Source: the human T2T-CHM13v2.0 reference genome, Homo sapiens. From it: a stretch of 64,000 nt of DNA. Shown here in pieces: positions 54,697 to 64,000 of this stretch. A program made the position numbers and the translations under genes. Location: NCBI RefSeq assembly GCF_009914755.1, contig NC_060940.1, one strand, 5' to 3'. The notes beneath the pieces were generated by a model. The model made no database searches, had not been told where the DNA came from, and saw only the letters and a list, made by a program, of their open reading frames with translations. Each line of letters opens with the position of its first letter. Within the stretch, counting starts at the first letter, position 1.

Positions 54697-55414
54697 TCAA
54701 GTGTCAGCAAAAAGAACTGGTCAGTCGGCGTCTGGAGAATGGTTGGAGAAACCATACAAAATAGACACAGTCACCCCAACTCTGCAGCCATTGAGAAAGG
54801 TGCAGGCAGCTCCCCTGTGCCCACAACACCAAGGGCACAGCTGGGTTGCAGCCCAGCTCACCAGTGGATCACAGTAATAATAACAACAGCCCCGGGGCAA
54901 GGAGAGGTCATATTACCTGAGGGAAACCAGGGGAGGGAGAGTGTGAACGGCATTTGAGATTTCTTCTGGGACCAAGGCCCAAACCGGCCCTTCTAGGATC
55001 ATATCGTTACCTGCCACTTTGCGTTTGCTGTATGACTTTCCGTTTGTGAGATTAAAAAGAACATGAAATATTTTGACGGGCCTTCCCCAAATGAGCATCC
55101 ATGGGTTTCTGCCTTGGAGGCCAAGCTGATCTATAGGTGTCTGAGGACCTGCTGCGTGGGGTAGCAACAGAAGGGTGGACCTGAGGCCCCTGCCATGCTG
55201 GTTCCAGCTGTGGCTTTGGCTGTGGTCCCAGCTCCTTTCTCATAATATGTACTTGAGGTGTGTGAGCACAAAGGTACACAAATTGGAGTTTGCCTCTGGC
55301 CAGAGGAATTTGGCATAACAGAGGGATGGAAGTTGCTGTCTTGGGGGGTTACGAAATTGAATCCTGGGCCTGTCTTATAAGAGCAGGAGGCCTGTGTGAG
55401 ACATCCCCTGCTCT

Positions 55415-55560
55415 GTGCCTCAGTTTCTTCCTCTGTAGCATGTGGATAACAGGGATAAAAACAGCCTCCCCGCCTTAGCATTGTTGTCAAGTTAAATGAG
55501 GGATTATATATAAAGCTCTTAGCATGGTGCTGGCCACATGGTAACTGCTTGATGAATGTT
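55415..55560 (+). mobile_element. MIR SINE
   Basis: ctctgtgcctcagtttcttcctctgta...ttaaatgag...aaagctcttagcatggtgctggccacatggtaa. Confidence 0.75.
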
Positions 55561-55661
55561 AACCACGGGCACCTGTGAATGTCCATATGGGTGGGGTGTA
55601 GTGAGGCTAGCGTCTGCATAGCAGGTGTCCTTCCTTCTGTCATCATTAAAAAAAGATATAT

Positions 55662-55957
55662 GGCAGCAGTGGTGGCTCACGCCTGTAATCCCAGCACTTT
55701 GGGAGGCAGAGGTGGGTGGATCACAAGGTCAGGAGTTCAAGAGCATCCTGACCAACATGGTGAAACCCTGTCTCTACTAAAATTACAAAAATTAGCCAGG
55801 AGTGGTGGTGGGTGACTGTAATCCCAGCTACTCAGGAGGCTGAGGCAGGAGAATCACTTGACGGGAGGCGGAGGTTGCAGTGAGCCAAGATCGCACCACT
55901 GCACTCCAGCCTAGGCGACAGAGTGAGACTCCATCTGAAAAAAAAAAAAAAAAAAAA
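55662..55957 (+). mobile_element. Alu (AluS-like)
   Basis: TSD aaaaaaagatatat. Confidence 0.95.
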
Positions 55958-55964
55958 GATATAT

Positions 55965-56425
55965 AAAGCTGGCTCTTCACTATAGTCAAAAGATAGAGAC
56001 AATCCATGTGTCCATCAGCAGATGAATGTATAAACATGTGGCCTGCCCATACAATGGAATGTCAGTCAGCCATGAAAGGAATGCGGTTCCGACTCATGCC
56101 ATAGCACAGATAAACCTCAAAAACAGTAAGTGAAAGGAGCCAGGCACAAACAGCCACAAAGTATGTGATGTCATTTATGTGACATGTCCAGAACAGGCAA
56201 GTCCCATTGATAGATACCAGGCTAGTGGCTGCCTGGCGCCTGGGGATGGGGTAGCAGGGAGTGACGACTTAATGGTATGGGGCTTCCTTTGGGAGTAAAA
56301 ACATCTCAGAACTCGATAGAGATGATGGTGACACAGCATCAGGAATGGACTCAATGCCCGTGAATTGTACATCTTAAGTGATTAATGGTTAGTTTTACGT
56401 TCTGTGAATTTTACTTTGAATTTTA
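55965..56425 (+). mobile_element. L1MB-like 3'-end
   Basis: tgtccatcagcagatgaatgtataaac...catacaatggaatg...atgtccagaacaggcaagtcc...tgaattgtacatcttaa. Confidence 0.82.
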
Positions 56426-57609
56426 GAAATGCAGCCAGGGGAGGTGGGGACTGAAGCCCATTCTCCCAGCGCAAGCCACTTTGAGCACCACTGCGTATGA
56501 CACTGTGATGGCAGCCTCATCATTAGTGTTGTTGGTGTTGTTGCTGTTGACTGTCTAAGCAGGGCTGCCATCCAACTTCTCGTTTCTCCTTTGGGGCCCC
56601 AGGGTGTGTGTGCAGGTCCAGCAAATCCTTCCTTACAGTGGGGTGGTGCCACGTGGAACCCGACTGTGCAGCATGGGTGTCCCCTGTGTGATAATTCAAG
56701 CCGCTTCCACGTAGGGAGAGAGGGGACTTGACTCCAGCCCAGCACATCCACCCAGCTGTCAGGGCCACACATGCCCCATGACAAACAGCTGCTGTTTTCA
56801 ACCCCATCCCCGACTGGGCAAGGTTTCTCTGGCCTCGGGAATAAGCTCATGGGAGGATTTTCCAGACTGGCTTCTTTTGGGGTCCGGGAGCTCCTCCCTT
56901 CCCTGGCACATGTTTTGAGTCAGCCTGGACGTCATGATTCGTATTCACTTTGAGAGGAATCCCCATGGAAACCAGCAGGCAGGTTTGGGCAGGAGGGAGC
57001 TGGCTCACCACAAAGGCAAGGGAAGGCGAAGGCTAGGTGTCTTCTGCCAGCATCGGGGGCCCAATGGGGGCTCTTTCTGGGGGGGTCAGCTCACCCCATT
57101 CCCCACCCACTCTGGAAGCAGGTCTGAGGCCATATCTGGTTTGGAATGCCAGTTCTGAAGATCTCTGGGGGTTCACATGGGACCCTCATGAGGTCCTTCT
57201 AGGCCCTATTTTTTCCAGCCCAGATCCAGCATTGTGTGCCACTGGACAGGGGGCTCACCTGGAAACAGGCAGAGGTGAAGTATCTCTTCCTGGTCTGGCA
57301 AATGCAGGATCCCCCAAAACTAGCTCCATATCTGTCCCCGAGAGCAAAAAGACAAAGGCAGAGTTCACCGACCCATTCTCCAGCTCCCATGGAAGGCAGC
57401 GTCCCCCGGGGCCAGAACCCCAGCTTGTGGGCTGCCGCATCTCCAATACCCTCTGGGCACCGTCACCTTGCGGGCACTCAGTTAGCGAGCGGTCCCACCA
57501 AACCTACCTGGGTTCGCTCCTTGCTTCTCACATGGCCCTGTCAAGCTGGTGGCCCAGGACAAAAGCCCCTTAGCCTTGGCCAGGGCTCTCCGGTTCCCTT
57601 TAATATCCA

Positions 57610-58070
57610 TTTAATGAGAGCAATTTGGCAACAACGTAAAACGTGCTCTTGCCCTTTGTCCCAGTAATTCCATTTCTGGGAATCTGGCCTAAGGAAATAA
57701 TCCTAAATATAGGGTAGAAAAACATGTTTCACAAGGATGTTCACTGCGGAGTTGTGCATGGCAGCATAAAATGAAACAGTGGCACTGTCCCTGAGGGAGG
57801 GGGTGAGAGCAGGGATGAAATTGATGGTGGCGGAATATTTTATAGCTGCTACAGTGAGAGTTCTGGAGCTTGCCATTCAGAGCAGGGACATCTATGTGCG
57901 ATAATGTGGGGAAAAAAAAGGCGTTACAAAATTCTTTGTACTGTATGATTTCGGCTTTATAAAAAATTATATATTAAAATAATCAGGAAAGTCACACACC
58001 AGAGTGCTAATGAGTGGTCTTGATTGGATTTTTATGGGAAAGATTTTATTCGTCATCTTCCAAATTACCT
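57610..58070 (+). mobile_element. L1ME-like fragment
   Basis: gcaatttggcaa...ccctttgtcccagtaattccatttctgggaatctggcctaaggaaataat...caaggatgttcactgc. Confidence 0.7.
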
Positions 58071-58411
58071 TGTCTTCACGCATTGCCTTTTTCAGTCAGG
58101 TTTGCGTTGTAATTTACATACAGTAAGAGTCACGCTTTTAGCGTGCAGATCTGTGAGTTCTGACAAATGTATACAGCCAAGTGACATCGCCCCCACAGTC
58201 AATACAGAGAATATTCCCATCACCCCCAAGAGTCCCCCTGCCCCTCGCCCGCCCCAGCGGCTGGCAACCATGGGTGTGATTTCAGCCCCTGTAGTTTTGT
58301 TTATTTCAGGATGTCATATAAATGGAATCATACAGTATGCCTTACACTGCTCTTAACGTTTAGGAAAAAAATTTTTCGTCTGCTTATTGTTCTCTTAGCT
58401 GTACATCTTAG

Positions 58412-59042
<631 letters not shown>

Positions 59043-59059
59043 TTGTTTTTGTTTTTAAA

Positions 59060-59490
59060 TAAACATTTTCTTTTAGGACAGTTTGAGATGTATAGGAAAG
59101 CGACGAGGATACCCCAGAGTTCTCACACATCCGCAGTCTGCTTCCCCAGCTGCTAGTATCTTAGTCTGTGGGCTGCGTTTGTCACAACTTGTGAACCAAT
59201 ATTGATACATGATTGCCGAAGTCCACATTTTATTAGGTTTCTTTAGGTTTTCCGTGATGTCCTTTTTCTGTCCCGGGATCCCATCCAGGATCCCCACAGT
59301 ACCTGTAGTCACGTCTCCCAAAACTTCCCTTGGCTGGGATAGCTGCTCAGGCTTTCCTCATGTTTAATGAGCACTGGTCAGGAGTTTTGAGGAAAGTCCC
59401 TCAGTTATGGTTTGTCTGATATTTTTCTGATGGTTAGACTTGGGTTATGGGTTTGGGGAGGAAGACCCCAGAGGCAAAGATTGGTCTTTC
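59060..59490 (-). mobile_element. L1MC/MD-like 3'-end
   Basis: gaaccaatattgatacat...aagtccaca...tgtcctttttctgtcccgggatcccatccaggat...gtccctcagttatggtttgtctgat. Confidence 0.75.
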
Positions 59491-59699
59491 TCAAAATAGT
59501 TCGTTTGATTGCGTTCTTTAGTTTGTTCCAGGTACTGTGCTGAGTCCTTGATAAACTGGATCTCTGGTAATGCTCCCAGGAATTCTACCTATTAAATAAA
59601 TTCTCATCTTAACCAGTAGAGGAAATGAACTCAGAGAGGGGGAGTAACTTGCCTAAGGACACACAGTAAGCGGCCCAAACACAAGTCTCCTTGGTCCTA

Positions 59700-60381
<682 letters not shown>

Positions 60382-61059
60382 CAGTATGTATTTATTTATA
60401 CCCAACCTTTCCCTAAAAAGCCTTGGTTGCAACTTCAGATCAAAGCCACGTTAAGACAGCTAAGGCAGGGCATGTGAAAGGTAGACTCAGAAAGCCTCTG
60501 TCCAGTGTGTTGTGGGTGGTGCTTACAGTTAAAACACGGATGAAAGTTGCCTTTATTTTTGTAAGATAGTCATTAATTTGTCAGGAAATTAGTAATCACC
60601 TCCTAAATGTCAGACGCCATTTAGGCATATGAAACAGCAGGTGAACCCTCCTGTTCCCACAGTATATAAACAGTAGCAGGGGACACAGACAATCAGTGAC
60701 CAACACAATAAATATTTGAATATGGGTGAGGAAAAGAAGTACAGAACCAACCACCAAGCCCTGGCTTCTCCGGCAGTGCTCAGGACAAGACATACTGTTA
60801 GGGCTGAGTCATTTACTGCAGAATAGGGAGAACAGAACAGTGCACGGGATGCTGGAACAGGCCAGAACAGTGAAGGGCAGGCCCACGAGTGTGACTTTGA
60901 GGCACGCTGCATAAAGAGAACCTTCTTGGGTGACACATGGCAGCCGCCGGGATTGGGGGCCAGGGGGTCCTCTGAGGGGTGAGCGATGCAGTGGTGGAAA
61001 GGACAGGATGAACGCAGCTGCCTCCTCCCCTAGATTGTGGGGTCCAGGCAGCCTTGTCG

Positions 61060-61582
61060 CTCACCTGGACCTGTGCAGCAGCCTGCAGGCTGTCCCCCTG
61101 CCACCACTGTCTCCTTTCAAGTCTGTTTTCTATGCAGCAATCCCTGTGAACCTTGGCTAAAGCTCCTGCAAACCCCTGGGAGGAATCCCTGAGCCCCTAG
61201 GTGGACCTACCAGCCTCTCCAGGAGTGACCCACCCTTCTCTCCAACGCATCGCTTACCCAGCCCTCCCTCCGTTTCACCTTCTGCTCCTCCTTGAACACT
61301 CCCAGCTGTTCCCACCTCTGAGCCTTTGCACTGGCCGTGGGGTCTGTGACACTCTTTACTCCTGCTCTCGGCCACCTGTCATGACACCCCATTGTGATTC
61401 TTTATGCGGCCCTTGCCACTCTCCAATAGTTTATTTATTTAGATATTTTGTTTGTTGTCTGTTTGCCCACTAAGCTCCTGTCTTATTCACTGCTGAATCT
61501 CCAGCACCTAGCATGGCGCCTGCAGCATAACGGAAGTTCAGTAAATGTCTGTCAGATGAATGAAGGAATGAATGAAAAATGA
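61060..61582 (+). mobile_element. L2 3' region
   Basis: ctccttgaacactcccagctgttcccacctctgagcctttgcactggc...ttattcactgctgaatctccagcacctagcatggcgcctg...gaatgaatgaa. Confidence 0.75.
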
Positions 61583-61809
61583 ATTGATCAATCTTTTGTA
61601 CTTTTTGAGCCTAGCAATTGATCACATCAGGGAAATTGAGGCAGCTTCAGCCATCAAACCTCTCTACCTCCACCCCCATCACCATAACTCTCGTTTGGCA
61701 GACAGATACTGAAATTAACAAACCTAACAGAAGTCCTCCATCTTTATGGTAGAATTAACCTGTTGGGCCTTAGACTTTGAATTGCCTTTGCCTCTTTCTT
61801 GGAACACAG

Positions 61810-62030
61810 GATAGAGGTCAGGCTTCTGATTCCGGAGTCAGATGGCCGAGTTCAGTCCTGGCCATGCCACTCCTAGCTAGATGACCTTGGGCAAATCACG
61901 TGACCTCCTGAGCCTCAGCTTCCTTGTCTATATGATGGGATGACCTTGATACCTGTTCCACAAGACCTGTGTGAGGATTAAATGATTGCCATGTGCCCAG
62001 GGTGCATGGGAGAGCCAGGGAGGTGTTCGC
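61810..62030 (+). mobile_element. MIR SINE
   Basis: ggagtcagatggccgagttcagtcctggcc...tgaccttgggcaaatcac...gcctcagcttcctt...tgtgaggattaaatga. Confidence 0.8.
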
Positions 62031-62254
62031 TGTTATTCTTCTCAGCTGTGCTGCACTCACCTGATTCTCCTGAAGTCTGGCTTCCTGGAGCCAAAGTGAC
62101 AAGGACACCCGCTTTGGCTCCTGGTGGCCATTGTATCCCTCGGTCACCTGGTGCCTTCTCGGGACAGCAAGACTCACTCAGAGAGTGGTGGGTGGCTGTG
62201 GATTTCTCTTGCCCCGCCCCTACTCCCAACAATGACCGATACTAATAGCCTTTC

Positions 62255-62560
62255 TCATTCTTTTCAACACATGCTATTGAGCACTTGCCATGAGCCAGGC
62301 ACTGGGGAAAGAGTGGGAACCAAGACAGACCTAGGCCCTGACTTCATGGAGCTAGCAGCCTGGCCAGGAGGCAGACATCCAACAGATAATGACACAGAAT
62401 AAAGCCACAAATAAATAGGGTGTGGTGAGCACCGGAAAAGGAGGGCACAGGGAAGGGTGCAAGCAGGTTGGGTCATGAGTCTAGAGGGTGGGAGTTCCCC
62501 GAAAAGTGCAGTTGAGATGAGACCTGGAGAGTAGAAGCGCAGATGCCAGGGGTGGGGCTG
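62255..62560 (-). mobile_element. L2 fragment
   Basis: ttcaacacatgctattgagcacttgccatgagccaggcactgggga...aacaagacagacctaggccctgacttcatggagct. Confidence 0.7.
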
Positions 62561-63035
62561 TGCTCTTTCTGGGACAAGGAGCCGGCTGAGTTTGAGGCAC
62601 TGTTATCAGGGCAGTGTGAGGAGTGTGGAAAGGGAGAGATGCCGCCGAGAGGCGGGACTGGGCGCATAGGGAGAGCAGACCCCGCTGGGTCTGTCGATTG
62701 TGGATGGGAGTGTGGATTTTGTGGCCGGGCCATTGGGAGCCATTGAAGAATGTTGAGGAGGAGGGTGGGGCTATGGAGTTTTCCATCTTGGAACGTGGCT
62801 CTGGAGGCCGAGTGGAGGATGCATATCCGTGGGGAGAGGGAGAAGAGAAATCGGTGCTTTCTGGGCAGGAGAAGGTGGTGGCTTATTGCTGGTGAGGGAT
62901 GGCGGGCTTCCAGCCACTCCCTGCGCTGGCCCCGCGGATACCAAGAGCAGCAGTCCCTCAGTTCTTGCCCTCCAGCTGCTCCCACTCTGTTCCTAACTCT
63001 GCACCTCCAAACGTGTGGGTGGAGTTTTACAGTGA

Positions 63036-63461
<426 letters not shown>

Positions 63462-63589
63462 TAACTTTGGGTGATTTTATTCCCCAAGTATAAGAAAGCT
63501 GTAAACCGGGTCTGACTGGAGAAAACGAAAAGGACTGTGCATGGCCTGAGCGTCTCCTGCACACCTGCTGCAGTCTAGGAACTTTTCAG

Positions 63590-63700
63590 GTTGCTCATTT
63601 AGTTTCCCTTAATAAACCTGATAAATAAGTTTTATGATCCCCATTTTACAGATGAGGAAACTGAGGCACACAGGTGAGTTGTTAGGCCCAAGAAGGCCGT
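63590..63700 (-). mobile_element. MIR SINE
   Basis: Exact core ccccattttacagatgaggaaactgaggcaca. Confidence 0.85.
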
Positions 63701-63834
63701 GAAAAGCAGATGAGCAATAGATACTGACTTTTTGCATTACTTTGAGTGAGGGAGTTTCTGATATCTTGTTGATCTAAGTCTTTTGAGGCTGATAGAAGTA
63801 TAAGCTATCTTTTTGGGAAAAAAAGTGCATTCTG

Positions 63835-64000
63835 TATGTACTGGTCAGGACGTTTGGTTGGAAATGGCACAAACATTATTCCAACTAGTGAGACAAAAAG
63901 AGAGTTTAATGCTGTTAACTATTAAATTAACTATTAAAGTAACTGGGAAGCCTTAGAGGGGACTTCAGGCATTGCTGGATCCGGGGGTCAGATGACATCA
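63835..64000. mobile_element. Probable old MLT1-type LTR fragment (runs off the window)
   Basis: tcaggacgtttggttggaaatggcacaaac...gtaactgggaag...gacttcaggcattgctggatcc. Confidence 0.45.

Overview
Primate genomic DNA, most likely human, lying almost entirely in the long first intron of CMIP (c-Maf-inducing protein, human 16q23). The only supportable coding sequence is one 126-nt internal exon at 63228-63353 (+). It encodes [42 protein letters not shown], which I recognise as CMIP residues ~101-142 (exon 2, N-terminal PH-like domain). The rest is intron containing: about 25 Alu copies or fragments; many MIR, L2 and old L1 (L1M) fragments; hAT and Tigger DNA-transposon fossils (MER3 x4, MER20, MER5, MER58, Tigger3, MER44); MaLR LTRs; and several tandem repeats. 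The largest repeat is a ~2.25-kb, nearly G-free CAT/CAC-based VNTR with an internal ~0.9-kb higher-order duplication. The long ORFs in the track are repeat-derived or chance ORFs. I see no new gene system. The interesting signals are structural: VNTR architecture, a minisatellite formed from a transposon end, odd Alu insertion junctions, an Alu-borne CRE, and candidate cryptic exons and enhancers. Repeat subfamily calls come from recall of consensus sequences, and their boundaries are approximate.
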